From contig JACMKY010000006.1 in assembly GCA_014379925.1 (NCBI GenBank), forward strand, positions 1 through 54,018: a stretch of 54,018 nt of DNA, written 5' to 3'. This document shows positions 24,541-35,971 of the stretch, piece after piece. Numbering within the stretch: position 1 is the first letter of the stretch; every line of letters starts with the position of its first letter. The translations under genes and the position numbers were made by a program. The notes under the pieces are model-generated. The model did no database searches. It saw only the letters and a list, made by a program, of their open reading frames with translations, and was not told the origin of the DNA. This DNA comes from Cytophagales bacterium (lineage in GTDB: Bacteria > Bacteroidota > Bacteroidia > Cytophagales > ES-bin-26).

Positions 24541-27500
24541 TTACATGTTCCGTCGGTACTGGCCACCCACTTCGTAGAGGGCGTGGGTAAGTTGGCCGAG
24601 CGTGCAGACTTTGCTGGCTTCCAGCAGCGATTCGAACACGTTGCCGTTGGTAACGCAAACGCGTTGCAGCTCTTTCAGGGCCGGTGGCGCAACGGTGGCA
24701 TGCCGTCGTTGAAAGGCATCCCGACTGGCGATGGCGTAGTCCTTCTCTTCCTTCGTGGCGCGGATCACTTCCCCGGGAATGATCGTGGGCGAGCCCTTCG
24801 GGTCCAGGAAGCGGTTCACGCCGATGATGGGAAGCTGGCCGTTGTGCTTGCGCGTTTCGTACTGCAGGGATTCCTCCTGAATCTTGCTGCGCTGGTACAT
24901 CCGTTCCATGGCGCCCAGCACGCCGCCGCGCTCCGAAAGGGACTTGAATTCCGCCAACACCGCTTCCTCCACCAGGTCCGTCAATTCCTCAATGAGAAAT
25001 GAGCCTTGCAACGGGTTTTCGTTCCGGGCCAGCCCCAGCTCCTGGTTGATGATCAACTGGATGGCCATTGCCCGGCGCACGCTTTCTTCGGTGGGTGTGG
25101 TGATGGCCTCGTCGTAGGCGTTGGTGTGCAGGGAGTTGCAGTTGTCGTAGATGGCGTACAGCGCCTGCAGGGTGGTGCGAATGTCGTTGAAGGCAATTTC
25201 CTGCGCGTGGAGGCTGCGGCCCGACGTCTGGATGTGGTACTTGAGCTTCTGGGAGCGCTCGTTGCCCCCGTACTTGTATTTCATCGCCTTCGCCCAGATG
25301 CGCCGCGCCACCCGGCCCATGACCGCGTATTCGGGATCCATGCCGTTGGAAAAGAAGAAGGACAGGTTCGGCGCGAAGTCGTCGATGGCCATTCCCCGCG
25401 AGAGGTAGTACTCCACGAAGGTGAAGCCGTTGGAGAGCGTAAAGGCCAGTTGCGAGATCGGATTGGCCCCCGCCTCGGCAATGTGGTAGCCGGAGATGGA
25501 AACGGAATAGAAATTCCGGACTTGGTGGTCGATGAAGTACTGCTGGATGTCGCCCATCATCCGCAGCGCAAACTCAGTGGAGAAGATGCAGGTGTTCTGC
25601 GCCTGGTCTTCCTTGAGGATGTCGGCCTGCACCGTGCCGCGCACCGCCGACAGCGCCCCGGCCTTGATCCGTTCGTACACCTCTTTCGGCAATACCTGAT
25701 CGCCGGTCACGCCCAGCAGCATCAGACCCAGGCCGTCGTTGGTGTCGGGCAGCGGACCCTGGTAGGTAGGGTTGTTCGGGTCGGGAAGTGGGTTGGGGGG
25801 GCGGACGCCGTTGCCAAGCAGTTCTTTTATTTTCGCGGCCACCGCTTCGCGCTTTCCTTCCTGCCGGATGTACAATTCGCACTGCTGGTCCACGGCGGCG
25901 TTGAGAAAGAAGCCCAGCAGCATCGGGGCGGGGCCGTTGATGGTCATCGACACCGACGTGGACGGGTCGCAGAGGTTAAAGCCGGAGTAGAGTTTCTTGG
26001 CGTCGTCGAGGTTGGCGACGCTCACCCCGGAGTTGCCCACTTTCCCGTAGATGTCGGGCCGCCCGTCGGGGTCTTCGCCGTAGAGGGTCACCGAATCGAA
26101 AGCCGTGGAAAGCCGCTTGGCGGGCATCCCTTTGCTCACGTAGTGAAAACGGTGGTTGGTGCGTTCGGGACCGCCTTCACCGGCAAACATCCGGGCGGGA
26201 TCTTCGCCCGCGCGCTTGAGCGGGAACACGCCGGCGGCGTAGGGAAATTCGCCCGGTACGTTTTCGGTCAGCAGCCATTTCAGCACGTCGCCCCGGTCCT
26301 CGTACCTGGGCAGGGCCACCTTGGGCAGTTTCAGCCCGGACAAGGTTTCGGTGGATAAATCCAGTTCGATGACCTTATCCCGAACCCGGTACTGGTACGT
26401 TGAGGCCCGGTAGCGTTGCTGGGTGGCTTCCCAGCCGTCCAGCAATTGCTTGCATTCGTAATGAAGTTTTTTTTCGAGCGATTGATGCAGGTTTCGCAGC
26501 GCCTCAACCAGGGGAGAGGCGGGTTCCAGCAAACCGATGGTGCCTTTCAACTGGTACAGTTGGCGGGCGATGCCCGTCTGTTCCCGCACGAACCGGTCGT
26601 AGGCCCCGCTGCTCTCCGCAATTTCGGCCAGGTAGCGCACGCGGTCGGGCGGAATGATGTACGACGGAGGAGGGGACTGCGCAATGGCGTAATCAAGTGC
26701 TTGAGCGGAGGGGTCACCCTGGGCCGCGGTCCATTGTCCGTCGTTCATTTTCTCCGCAATCTGTCCCATCACCATCCTGAACAGGTGGTTGGTGCCGGGG
26801 TCGTTGAACTGGGAGGCGATGGTACCGTAGATGGGCAGGTCCTCGTCGGCCGTCTCCCAAAGTTGGTGATTGCGCCGGTACTGTTTCCGTACGTCGCGCA
26901 GGGCGTCCAGCGAGCCGCGCTTGTCGAACTTATTGATGACGATGAGGTCGGCGAAATCGAGCATGTCGATCTTTTCCAACTGCGTAGCCGCGCCGTATTC
27001 GGAGGTCATCACGTAGAGCGACACGTCGGAATGATCCGTAATTTCGGTGTCCGACTGTCCGATGCCGGAGGTTTCCACGACGACCAGGTCGTAGCCGGCC
27101 GCCTTGCAGATGTCGATGGATTCCCGCACGTACTGGCTGAGCGCCAGGTTGGACTGCCGCGTGGCCAGCGAGCGCATGTACACGCGCGGGTGGTGAATGC
27201 TGTTCATCCGGATCCGGTCACCCAGCAGGGCCCCGCCCGTCTTGCGTTTGGAAGGGTCGACGGAAATGATGGCGATGGTTTTTCCCGCCTCGCCGTCCGG
27301 CCGGTCGGGAAAAGCCAGCAGGTAACGCCGCACCAGTTCGTCCACCAACGACGACTTTCCCGAGCCGCCCGTGCCGGTGATGCCCAGCACGGGGATGACC
27401 CCTCCCCCCGACCCCCGCGCGACAAGCGGGGCGAAAGAGGATTTGGCTTGGCGGAATTCGTTGGGGAAGTTCTCGGCCAGGGAAATCAACTGACCGATGG

Positions 27501-27999
27501 CGCGCGGGTCTTTCCGGGACAAGGCGCTGAGTTCACCGTTGAGCGGGGGCGTTTTGGTGGGAAAGTCGCACTGTTGGAGCAGGTCGTTGATCATGCCCTG
27601 CAAGCCCATCGCCCGGCCGTCGTCGGGAGAATAGAGGCGGGCAATGCCGTAGGCGCGCAATTCGGCGATCTCGGCGGGAAGAATGGTGCCGCCGCCGCCG
27701 CCGAAAATGCGGATGTTGGCCCCGCGCTCCTTCAGCAGGTCGTAAGTGTACTTGAAAAATTCCACGTGCCCGCCCTGGTAACTGGTGATGGCGATGCCCT
27801 GTACGTCTTCCTGGATGGCGCACGCCACAATTTCGGCCACGGAGCGGTTGTGGCCCAAGTGAATGACTTCGGCCCCCGAAGCCTGGAGGATGCGGCGCAT
27901 CAGGTTGATGGCCGCGTCGTGCCCGTCGAACAGCGAGGCCGCGGTGACGAGGCGGATGGGATACTTGGATTTATAGGGGACAGCGGTAACCATGGTCAA
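24541..27999 (-). CDS. icmF: fused isobutyryl-CoA mutase (B12-binding domain + MeaB-like GTPase + mutase catalytic domain)
   Basis: 1152 aa. N-terminal [12 protein letters not shown] (B12 DxHxxG), P-loop [12 protein letters not shown] with NKFD. The C-terminal ~600 aa are methylmalonyl-CoA-mutase-like ([20 protein letters not shown]). Confidence 0.93.
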   Translation of the reverse strand: MTMVTAVPYKSKYPIRLVTAASLFDGHDAAINLMRRILQASGAEVIHLGHNRSVAEIVACAIQEDVQGIAITSYQGGHVEFFKYTYDLLKERGANIRIFGGGGGTILPAEIAELRAYGIARLYSPDDGRAMGLQGMINDLLQQCDFPTKTPPLNGELSALSRKDPRAIGQLISLAENFPNEFRQAKSSFAPLVARGSGGGVIPVLGITGTGGSGKSSLVDELVRRYLLAFPDRPDGEAGKTIAIISVDPSKRKTGGALLGDRIRMNSIHHPRVYMRSLATRQSNLALSQYVRESIDICKAAGYDLVVVETSGIGQSDTEITDHSDVSLYVMTSEYGAATQLEKIDMLDFADLIVINKFDKRGSLDALRDVRKQYRRNHQLWETADEDLPIYGTIASQFNDPGTNHLFRMVMGQIAEKMNDGQWTAAQGDPSAQALDYAIAQSPPPSYIIPPDRVRYLAEIAESSGAYDRFVREQTGIARQLYQLKGTIGLLEPASPLVEALRNLHQSLEKKLHYECKQLLDGWEATQQRYRASTYQYRVRDKVIELDLSTETLSGLKLPKVALPRYEDRGDVLKWLLTENVPGEFPYAAGVFPLKRAGEDPARMFAGEGGPERTNHRFHYVSKGMPAKRLSTAFDSVTLYGEDPDGRPDIYGKVGNSGVSVANLDDAKKLYSGFNLCDPSTSVSMTINGPAPMLLGFFLNAAVDQQCELYIRQEGKREAVAAKIKELLGNGVRPPNPLPDPNNPTYQGPLPDTNDGLGLMLLGVTGDQVLPKEVYERIKAGALSAVRGTVQADILKEDQAQNTCIFSTEFALRMMGDIQQYFIDHQVRNFYSVSISGYHIAEAGANPISQLAFTLSNGFTFVEYYLSRGMAIDDFAPNLSFFFSNGMDPEYAVMGRVARRIWAKAMKYKYGGNERSQKLKYHIQTSGRSLHAQEIAFNDIRTTLQALYAIYDNCNSLHTNAYDEAITTPTEESVRRAMAIQLIINQELGLARNENPLQGSFLIEELTDLVEEAVLAEFKSLSERGGVLGAMERMYQRSKIQEESLQYETRKHNGQLPIIGVNRFLDPKGSPTIIPGEVIRATKEEKDYAIASRDAFQRRHATVAPPALKELQRVCVTNGNVFESLLEASKVCTLGQLTHALYEVGGQYRRNM

Positions 28000-28156
28000 C
28001 GATGGTTTTTGGAGGGTTCTAATGGAAAAGGGTCGCAGTCCGTTCGGAGTAGGATTGTGGAAAACGCCGTTTTCGATTGACCGACCGATACCGGGGAAAG
28101 GTAACCCTGATTTGAAATCCGTGCAAAAAAAACCCTGCGGTTAATGCATTGGCGTC

Positions 28157-28180
28157 AAAAAAGACCCCTCCTGACGAGGG
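28157..28180 (-). terminator. weak rho-independent terminator after the aldehyde dehydrogenase gene
   Basis: Minus strand: 5-bp GC stem CCCTC/GAGGG with a 5-nt loop, followed by GTCTTTTTT. Lies 15 nt after the stop at 28195. Confidence 0.4.
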
Positions 28181-28194
28181 ACCCTTGATCGGCC

Positions 28195-29820
28195 TCAAAA
28201 AATAAATTGCGTGGAAAGAAATTTCGACTGGTGCTCGTTCACGATGGCATTAAGGATATCCTTGTTCTCCTCCGTCTGCTTGGCTGCCACCAGCGTGCGG
28301 ATGGAAAACGCCCGCAACGCGTCGGAAACCGAAAGCGTCCCTTCCGCTGAATCCTTGCGGCCCGTGAAGGGCAGGGTGTCCGGGCCGCGTTGGCACTGGC
28401 TGTTGATGTTGACGCGGCATACCTGGTTCACCAGCGGATCGATCAGGCGGGCCAGCCGACTCGGGTCCCTGCCGAAAACGCTCACTTGCTGGCCGTGATC
28501 CGAATCGATCAGGTACGCCACCGGCGTTTCAATGTCTTCGAAGGGAATGACGGGTATCACGGGACCGAACTGCTCCTCGCGATAGAGCTTCATTCGGTCA
28601 TTGACCGGGTACACCACTGCCGGATAAACGAACGTATGGTGAATCGTGCCGCCGCCTTCGTTGAGGATGGCCGCCCCGTTGGCCAGGGCATCGTCGAGGC
28701 AACTCTTCAGATAAGCGGGTTTGTTGGGTTCGGGCAGCGGCGTGATGAAAACTCCTTTCTCCCAGGGCATTCCGAACTTGAGTTCGTTCACCGCTTCCGT
28801 AAAGCGCTTCAAAAACGCATCGGCAATGGTCCGGTGCACGAATATCATCTTGATGGCGGTGCAGCGTTGCCCGTTGAACGACAGCGTACCCAGCAGGCAT
28901 TCCCTCACGGCCAGTTCCACGTCGGCATCGTCGAGCAAGATGGCGAGATTCTTGGCATCCAAGCCCAGGATGGCCCGGAGGCGGTTTACCTTGGGATGTT
29001 GTTTCTTCAGCTGATCCGCTACCTTGCTCGAACCGATCAGGGCCAACGCATTGATCTTGCCGGAGGCCATCAGCGCGGGCACCACGGTGTTGCCGCGTCC
29101 GTAGAGCGTGTTGACCACGCCCCTGGGAAAGGCACTACGGAAGGCTTCGAGCAGTGGATAAAAAAGCAACGTGCCGTGCTTGGGCGGCTTGAACAGCACC
29201 GTATTGCCCATGATCAGGGCCGGAATGAGGGTGGTGAACGTCTCATTGAGCGGGTAGTTGAACGGTCCCATGCACAGCACCACCCCCAGGGGTGCCCGAC
29301 GGATCTGGGCGATGATGCCCTGCTCAATCTTGAAACGCGACCCGTCGCGGTCCAGGTCTTTGAGCGCGTCGACGGTGGCGTAGATGTATTCGACCGTGCG
29401 GTCAAATTCCTTTTCCGAATCCGCGTAGGTTTTGCCGATCTCCCACATCAACAACTTCACCACTTCCGGCTTGCGGGCGATCATCCGGGCGGTAAAGTCT
29501 TCCACGCAACGGATGCGTCCGCGTACCGACATCGTCGGCCACTCCCCGCGGCCGTTGTCGTAGGCGTCCAAGGCGGCCCGCAGGGCTTCCGTGGCTGCTG
29601 ACTCGCCCGCGAGCGGGTAGCTACCAATCTCCACCGGGGTAATTCCCTCGTCGGTGCGCACGCAAACGGGCGACAAGACCGTGTGGCGCGCACCCTCCCA
29701 CTGACGGAGTTCGCCGTCTACCAGGTATTCTTTCTGGTGAATCGGCGCTTCCAGCCGGAATTCCGCCGGAATATCCCCTTGTTCGGGGAAAATATTCGCA
29801 ATTCGTTCGAGTAGGATCAC
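28195..29820 (-). CDS. aldehyde dehydrogenase family protein, non-phosphorylating NADP-dependent GAPDH (GapN)-like
   Basis: 541 aa. ALDH core with catalytic-Cys region FNGQRCTA and the EEQFGPV motif. The N-terminal pattern YLVDGELRQWEG is typical of the long GapN-like group in Bacteroidota. Confidence 0.88.
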   Translation of the reverse strand: MILLERIANIFPEQGDIPAEFRLEAPIHQKEYLVDGELRQWEGARHTVLSPVCVRTDEGITPVEIGSYPLAGESAATEALRAALDAYDNGRGEWPTMSVRGRIRCVEDFTARMIARKPEVVKLLMWEIGKTYADSEKEFDRTVEYIYATVDALKDLDRDGSRFKIEQGIIAQIRRAPLGVVLCMGPFNYPLNETFTTLIPALIMGNTVLFKPPKHGTLLFYPLLEAFRSAFPRGVVNTLYGRGNTVVPALMASGKINALALIGSSKVADQLKKQHPKVNRLRAILGLDAKNLAILLDDADVELAVRECLLGTLSFNGQRCTAIKMIFVHRTIADAFLKRFTEAVNELKFGMPWEKGVFITPLPEPNKPAYLKSCLDDALANGAAILNEGGGTIHHTFVYPAVVYPVNDRMKLYREEQFGPVIPVIPFEDIETPVAYLIDSDHGQQVSVFGRDPSRLARLIDPLVNQVCRVNINSQCQRGPDTLPFTGRKDSAEGTLSVSDALRAFSIRTLVAAKQTEENKDILNAIVNEHQSKFLSTQFIF

Positions 29821-30052
29821 AACAATACAATACTGTTTTCGAGCTGTTTTGTTTGACGGGCTGGCACTGGAAAAGGCAGCGCAGATTTAAAATCCGGGCA
29901 AAGAAAGCACGTGATTCGGCGACCGGTTGGTTTTACCCCTCACCGGGGCTTCGAACCCGTTCAGGGGGACGTACGAAGAACGCGGCGAGGCGATGGCCTT
30001 TTGGCCGGAGAGACGCCGTGCTCCCCCGGAACCAAATCGCGGGCAAATGGCC

Positions 30053-31015
30053 CTACAACAGTTTCTTTACAATGTCGTCCACGCTGATGTTTTCGGCTTC
30101 GGCCTTGAAATTCCGCACCACCCGGTGCCGCAGAACGGGAAGTGCCACCGCCCGAACGTCTTCCACGTCGGGCGAATACTTGCCGTTGAGCAGGGCATTG
30201 CACTTGGCACCGAGCACCAGGTACTGCGAGGCCCGCGGCCCGGCCCCCCACTCGAGGTACTGGTTGGCCTGCGCCGCCGCCATGGCCGTGTTCGGACGCG
30301 TCTGGTGCACCAGCTTCACGGCGTACTCCACCACGTTGTCCGCCACGGGCACCTTCCGGACCAACGACTGAAAATACACGATTTCTTCGCCGTCCAGTAT
30401 TTTGTCCACTTGGGGTTTGAATTGGGAAGTGGTGCTTTTGACGATGGCCACCTCCGCCTGGTAAGCCGGGTAATCGAGTTGGATGTTGAACATAAAGCGG
30501 TCCAACTGGGCTTCGGGCAGGGGATACGTACCTTCCTGCTCGATGGGATTCTGGGTAGCCAGCACGAAGAATGGACGCCCCAGGGAGTACTTCTGCCCTG
30601 AGATGGTAACGGCGTATTCCTGCATGGCTTCCAGCAGGGCCGACTGCGTTTTGGGGGGGGTCCGGTTGATCTCGTCCGCCAGGATAATGTTGGCAAACAC
30701 CGGTCCTTTGATGAACTTGAAGTTGCGGTTTTGATCCAGGGTTTCCGAGCCCAGGATGTCGGAAGTCGTAAGGTCAGGCGTAAACTGTATTCGGTTGAAC
30801 TGCAGGTCCAGTGCCGAAGCGATCGTCTGGATAAGCAGGGTTTTGGCCAGACCCGGCACGCCCACCAACTGGCAGTGCCCCTGGCAGAAGACGGCCGTCA
30901 GCAGCAGCCGGATTACTTCATCCTGCCCGATGATGACCTTGGAAATCTCCGCACTGAGTTTTTGATAGGATTGTTGGAGGGCGTTCGCCGCTTCTACGTC
31001 TGATTGATAATTCAC
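30053..31015 (-). CDS. MoxR-family AAA+ ATPase
   Basis: 320 aa. Walker A GVPGLAKT, Walker B ILADEINR, and MoxR-typical QFTPDLTTSDILG and ATQNPIEQEGTYPLPEAQLDRF. Confidence 0.93.
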   Translation of the reverse strand: MNYQSDVEAANALQQSYQKLSAEISKVIIGQDEVIRLLLTAVFCQGHCQLVGVPGLAKTLLIQTIASALDLQFNRIQFTPDLTTSDILGSETLDQNRNFKFIKGPVFANIILADEINRTPPKTQSALLEAMQEYAVTISGQKYSLGRPFFVLATQNPIEQEGTYPLPEAQLDRFMFNIQLDYPAYQAEVAIVKSTTSQFKPQVDKILDGEEIVYFQSLVRKVPVADNVVEYAVKLVHQTRPNTAMAAAQANQYLEWGAGPRASQYLVLGAKCNALLNGKYSPDVEDVRAVALPVLRHRVVRNFKAEAENISVDDIVKKLL

Positions 31016-31075
31016 CAGTTGAGTTGAATTTATGGGTTTAAAGTCGGTAATCCCCCCGCGTGGTCAGTGGGGAGT

Positions 31076-32437
31076 CTACTGGGTTTTGAGCACGTTGCAA
31101 TCGCTGTATTCGCCGTCCACGTCGATGTATACTTCGCTTTTGGTTTTGTCGAACCACTCGTCGAGCAGCCTGGCCTTTTTCTGGTTAAGGGTGACGGCGT
31201 AGATCTTCTGGTAATCGTCCCGGAGGCTGGCGTAGTGGGGTGGAACCTTGGTTTTGTAGTACAAGATGCGCATCGCACTCTTTTCATCGGCGGTCCGGTA
31301 GGAAATGGGCTTGGCAATGCTGCCCACGGTCATCGTGTCGATGATGAAGAACAGGGCGTTGTCCATGCTGGCGTCCAGCGCCAGTTTAGTTCCGCCGTCT
31401 TCGGCCGGAATCAAACCTCCGTTGGCGGCGGAGGGCTTGTCTTCGGAGTATTCTTTGGCGGCTTTCTCGAAGGTGAGGCTATCCAGCAGAACCAGGTTCC
31501 GGAGGCTATCCAGAAAATTGGTTACCCCCGACAAATCCAGTTCGTTGTAGTTGGGGCGCAGCAAAATGTGGCGGGCGTTGTATTCCGAACCCCGCTTTTC
31601 GATCAGCTGGATCAGGTGAAAGCCATAGTCGGATTCGACCACCTCGGACAAATCGCCGGGCTTGAGTTTCATCGCGGCCGCTTCGAAGTCGGCTACCATC
31701 AGGCCGCGTTTGGTCCAACCCAGGTTGCCGCCGTTCTTGGCGCTGCCGGGATCTTCGGAATTGTTTTTGGCCAGTTCGGCAAAATCCTCTCCCTTCTGAA
31801 TGCGTTGCCGGATTTCGTTGAGCCGCGCCCTCACCGCGGCCTTCTGCTCCTTGCTCACCTGGGCAACCTTTACGATCTGTCCGATTTCCACCTCCGTAGC
31901 CAGGTAAGGGATGCTGTCCTTGGGAATTTCGCCGAAGAACCGCTTTACTTCGCGCGGGGTGATCTTGACGTTTTTCGTAATGGTTTCCTGCATATTCTGC
32001 GCCACCATCTGTTCCTTGACGCTCTTTCGCAGCTCGGTTTTCAATTGGTCGGGCGTCTTGCCGTAAGCTTTGATGAGTTCCTCTTCCCCGCCGAATTGTT
32101 GGAGCATGTACTGCATCCGACGTTCAAGCTGGCTGTCCACCAGTTTTTCCTCCACCACCACGGAGTCAATCTCGGCTTTGGCGAGCAGCAGTTTATTGAT
32201 GAGCAGGCTTTCCAGGACCTGACACCGGGTGATGCCCGGCTGCCCGTTGGCCTGCATGCTCAGGTAGTTGGCCTCCAGTTCCGACTTGAGCACGATGTAA
32301 TTATCCACCTTGGCCACGATCTTGTCGATGTTTATTCCCCCTCCCTGCGCCCGGACGGGCGAGGAAAACAGGCACCAACCCGCCGCTGCCAACCCGAAGG
32401 TCAAGCACCGGCCGTATTTTCGGAAACGATTTTTCAT
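31076..32437 (-). CDS. SurA-like periplasmic chaperone / PpiC-type peptidyl-prolyl isomerase
   Basis: 453 aa. Signal peptide, SurA N-terminal chaperone region, and a parvulin domain (GGNLGWTKRGLMVADFEAAAMKLKPGDLSEVVESDYGFHLIQL). Confidence 0.88.
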   Translation of the reverse strand: MKNRFRKYGRCLTFGLAAAGWCLFSSPVRAQGGGINIDKIVAKVDNYIVLKSELEANYLSMQANGQPGITRCQVLESLLINKLLLAKAEIDSVVVEEKLVDSQLERRMQYMLQQFGGEEELIKAYGKTPDQLKTELRKSVKEQMVAQNMQETITKNVKITPREVKRFFGEIPKDSIPYLATEVEIGQIVKVAQVSKEQKAAVRARLNEIRQRIQKGEDFAELAKNNSEDPGSAKNGGNLGWTKRGLMVADFEAAAMKLKPGDLSEVVESDYGFHLIQLIEKRGSEYNARHILLRPNYNELDLSGVTNFLDSLRNLVLLDSLTFEKAAKEYSEDKPSAANGGLIPAEDGGTKLALDASMDNALFFIIDTMTVGSIAKPISYRTADEKSAMRILYYKTKVPPHYASLRDDYQKIYAVTLNQKKARLLDEWFDKTKSEVYIDVDGEYSDCNVLKTQ

Positions 32438-32525
32438 GCGAAAATGAATGGTTATTTCTGCTTGCCCTGGTTCAAGCGCCGGGACCGCCTCCCGCCACGC
32501 TTGAACCAGGGCGGATGACTTACGA

Positions 32526-33386
32526 CTAGTATATCTGAAATTCCCGGTTGGTTTTGGCCCGCTCGTACACGTTCTTTTCCAATTCTTTCACCAGTTGAAC
32601 CTTGCGCTGGTTGAGAACCATGCTCCGGATCTGATCTTCGGCAAAATCCAGGGGAGCCGTCTGGCCGGCCGTCCTGGCTTGCCGGATGCGCAACAGGTAG
32701 GTGAAATCCGGGTCGGTAGTTTCCACCCGGGTAGTCTGCCTGACGAACTGTGACTTGTCGGAAAGGTCCATCCAGGGCGTGCCGCTCACCAGCTTTTCAA
32801 AGTCGACCCAGGTAGAATCGTCCAGGTGATATTGCTCGGCAAACCGGGCGCAGAGGAGAGCCAGTTCTTTCTTGCTTTTGCCGTCGGCGGCGTTGAACAG
32901 GATTTTCGCGCGACCTAGCTGGGCATTCGTTTTCGCCATTTTCACGAAAAACGCTTGGACAATGGTCTGCTTGAGGACGAAGGTAGTGATATTATCCCGA
33001 TAATACTGCTCCAGAACGGGCTTTGGCAAGAGGGTGTCGAGCTTTTCCCGCAGGTACTGCCTTTCAAATTCGTACAAGGTAAGACTGTATCGGTAGTCCT
33101 CCACCTTTTTTTCGATTTCCGATTCGTCCAATTGCGCCTTGTTCCGGGCTTCATTGAGCATCAGCTCCTTCTTCACCCAAGCTTCGGTATACCGCCGACT
33201 CAGGTCTGCACTGTCGGTTTTGGACACGTTGGCGGGCAGGAGACCTGCCAGGTCACGCGGGTACAGGATTTTAGTTCCTACCCGGGCCACCACCCTCTCG
33301 CTCCCTTCGCCGGGCGACTGATCCGCGGGACCTTTTCCGCAGGCACCCAGCAAAAGGGAAGCAACCACGCAAACGTTGAATCTCAA
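32526..33386 (-). CDS. lipoprotein, SurA-N/PpiD-like chaperone domain protein without an obvious parvulin domain
   Basis: 286 aa. Lipobox LLLGAC. Sits between two PPIase genes on the same strand. Helical chaperone-like composition; the family call is tentative. Confidence 0.65.
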   Translation of the reverse strand: MRFNVCVVASLLLGACGKGPADQSPGEGSERVVARVGTKILYPRDLAGLLPANVSKTDSADLSRRYTEAWVKKELMLNEARNKAQLDESEIEKKVEDYRYSLTLYEFERQYLREKLDTLLPKPVLEQYYRDNITTFVLKQTIVQAFFVKMAKTNAQLGRAKILFNAADGKSKKELALLCARFAEQYHLDDSTWVDFEKLVSGTPWMDLSDKSQFVRQTTRVETTDPDFTYLLRIRQARTAGQTAPLDFAEDQIRSMVLNQRKVQLVKELEKNVYERAKTNREFQIY

Positions 33387-33460
33387 AGGATAACGGGTTT
33401 AGAGGTTGAACGAGCCCCCAACGGGGGCGCGACGGGCGGGGTGAAAAGTACCCCCGACAC

Positions 33461-35746
33461 TCACTTGCCAACGATTTTCTTCACTTCCTCCTCGTTGACA
33501 ACCACCGGGTGTTGTTTCTTCAATTCGTCCACCCACTGCTTTTCCAGAAAATTCTGGTAATCGGCTACCACCAGGCCGCGGGCTTCCTCAAACGTTTTGC
33601 GGCGCGGTTCCTCCACTTTCGTCACTTCCACGTAAGCCACCCGCCCGTCGCGCGAAGAAGTCTGCGAACCCACTTGCCAGGGAATGGCATCCACAAAAGG
33701 GTTTTCCCCTTTCTGGAAAATGCCCTCCGTGATTTGCAGGCTCAGCGGCGCGTTGGCATTCAATTGATTTTCCACCGCCTTTTTCGACTTCGAATACAAC
33801 TGGAAGGTCACGCGACTGTTCTTGCGTTGGTCGGTGCGGGAGACGGGCTTGATGCGGCCGAAATCCTTGACGATGATGCGCGTGAGGGAAATGCCCTGGT
33901 TAGTCAAGAAGTCCGCGGCGGCTCTGGCCCGTCCTCCCGCCAGGGCGTCCTTCTCCCGGGGGTCGGCGTGACCACCCACCTCCACGTGCAGGTCTTCGTC
34001 GCGGCTCAGGGTACGGAGCAGTGGGGCCAGCGAAGCCGAATCCGCTCCGGTCAGTGCCGTCTGGTTCTTGTCAAAATGGAGCGCCGCTATCTTCGGTTCC
34101 CGAACCGGTTGCATGGGTTGGGCCAGTAGTTCCTTGGCTTCGTTGAGTACGTTCTGGCTGGCAGCATCGTAAATCACCGCGGCGGCCCGGCGGCCCCACT
34201 GGTAGGCATCCTGGTTTTTTTCGAAGTACGCCCGGGCACCCAGCGTATCGGTGATGGCCTTGCTCCACACCTTGGTATCCATCATTTGAAAGAGCAGGAT
34301 CCCGTCGCGGTATTCTTTGACCAACGCCTGGTAGTCGGGATACTTTTCTTCCAGGTGGCTTTCTTCATAAGCAATCAGTTGCTGGTCGGCGTATTCTTTG
34401 TAAAGGAGTTGCAGGTAAAAGCCGGGGGAAAGCTTGCCTTTATCCTGCTGGTTGGCCTTCGCGTAGTCGAAAAACGGCCGAACGGCAAAGGGCGTTTGGT
34501 TGATGGTGAAAAGGGTCTGGCTCAACAGCTTGTCGGCCGGATCGAACGTCCAGGTTCCCCGGGCGAGGCTGGAGTCGGCCTTGGTCATCGCCGCGGCCAC
34601 GACGGGCGCATTTTCCGAAAATTTGTTTTCCCGGCGGAGCCGTCCGATGAGCGCGGACCGGTTCAGGTCGGAGCGGGAATCCTTCGAGACTTTTTGCCGC
34701 AGCGTGGGTTCGAGTTCCTCCAGGGATTCCAGGGGTATCTTTTCCAGCAGCTTGATCAGGTGCCAGCCGTAGGGTGTTTGCACGGGGCGGGTATAATCGC
34801 CGGGTTTCTGGAGGGCGAACGCCGCCTCTTCGAAAGACGAAATCATGTTGCCGGTTCCGAAAACGGGGAGTTCCCCTTCTTTGCTTTTGGAGCCGTTGTC
34901 GTCGGAAAACTGCTGGCAAAGCGCTCCCCACTGGCCGCCTTGGCGGAGGCGCTCGTGGATCTCGTTGATTTTTTTCCGCGCCGCCTCCGCATCTTCCTGG
35001 GGGGCGTCCGGGTTAATGCGAACCATGATGTGGGCGGCCCTTACCTTTCCCTGCGACGGACGGCGGTCGTTCACCTTCACGAGGTGATAACCGAAGCGGG
35101 TGCGCACGGGCGCGGAAACGTTGCCCTTGGGCGTTTTGTAGGCCGCGTCTTCAAACGGATACACCATTTGCAGGGCGGTGAAGTAACCCAGGACGCCCGC
35201 CGTGGTTGCGGCGTTGGGCTCCTGCGAGCTGTTTTTGGCCAGTTCTCCGAAGTCTTCCCCGGCCAAGGCCCGCTTCCGCAGCTCCAGCAGTTGGTTGTAG
35301 GCGCGCAGCGTATCGGCCGGTTCGGCCTCCGGGGGCAGCGAAATCAGGATGTGGGAAGCGTTCACTTCCTCCTGCAACCGGACGTAGGCTTCCCTGACCA
35401 GGTTCTCGGTCACGCTTTTCTCAGTCAGGTAGGGCTGCGCCAACTGCTTTTTGTAACCTTCCAGCTCCTGCTTAAACGAAGCCAGCGTATCGAGTCCCTG
35501 GCCTTCGGCTTCCAGGACCTTCAGCTTGAAGTTGGTGTACAAGTCCAGGTACTCCCGAATGCTCTGCTCGGAACTGGTGTCGGTATTCTGGGAATTTTTT
35601 TTGTAAACGTACTCAAATTCAGAAGCGTAGATGGGCGTGTTGCCGACCGAGACCAAAACTGGGTTTGGTTTTTGCGGTGGTTGGGACGCTTTGCAGCCGG
35701 CCATGGCAAGGGCGGCGGCAAAAAGCCAACGTTTACTCTTGGTCAT
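33461..35746 (-). CDS. large PpiC-type peptidyl-prolyl isomerase with two parvulin domains and an embedded OmpA-like domain
   Basis: 761 aa. Lipobox-like MAGC. Parvulin domains (ASHILI...GVLGYF...FGYHLVKV; AAHIMV...YGWHLIKL). OmpA-like segment LHVEVGGHADPREKD...GGRARAAADFLTNQGISLTRIIVKDFGRIKPV...NSRVTFQLY at about residues 575-650. Confidence 0.85.
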   Translation of the reverse strand: MTKSKRWLFAAALAMAGCKASQPPQKPNPVLVSVGNTPIYASEFEYVYKKNSQNTDTSSEQSIREYLDLYTNFKLKVLEAEGQGLDTLASFKQELEGYKKQLAQPYLTEKSVTENLVREAYVRLQEEVNASHILISLPPEAEPADTLRAYNQLLELRKRALAGEDFGELAKNSSQEPNAATTAGVLGYFTALQMVYPFEDAAYKTPKGNVSAPVRTRFGYHLVKVNDRRPSQGKVRAAHIMVRINPDAPQEDAEAARKKINEIHERLRQGGQWGALCQQFSDDNGSKSKEGELPVFGTGNMISSFEEAAFALQKPGDYTRPVQTPYGWHLIKLLEKIPLESLEELEPTLRQKVSKDSRSDLNRSALIGRLRRENKFSENAPVVAAAMTKADSSLARGTWTFDPADKLLSQTLFTINQTPFAVRPFFDYAKANQQDKGKLSPGFYLQLLYKEYADQQLIAYEESHLEEKYPDYQALVKEYRDGILLFQMMDTKVWSKAITDTLGARAYFEKNQDAYQWGRRAAAVIYDAASQNVLNEAKELLAQPMQPVREPKIAALHFDKNQTALTGADSASLAPLLRTLSRDEDLHVEVGGHADPREKDALAGGRARAAADFLTNQGISLTRIIVKDFGRIKPVSRTDQRKNSRVTFQLYSKSKKAVENQLNANAPLSLQITEGIFQKGENPFVDAIPWQVGSQTSSRDGRVAYVEVTKVEEPRRKTFEEARGLVVADYQNFLEKQWVDELKKQHPVVVNEEEVKKIVGK

Positions 35747-35971
35747 AAAGATGAAAGAACGGGTGTTTTCGAGACCGGTCGTAAAAATCCGGTCGCAATT
35801 TTAACGATTTTTCGGACCCGAATTACATACGCTTCGATAAAAATGTTTGAATATGAGTGGCGCGGGGGTTGCTTCCGGAGGGCAGAGCGGCTGGGTAACG
35901 GGGAAACCGGGTGGCCGGAGTGAGTGGTTTCGCGCGGGAAGCGGACCAAGGCCCGACGGGAAACCCGCGGT

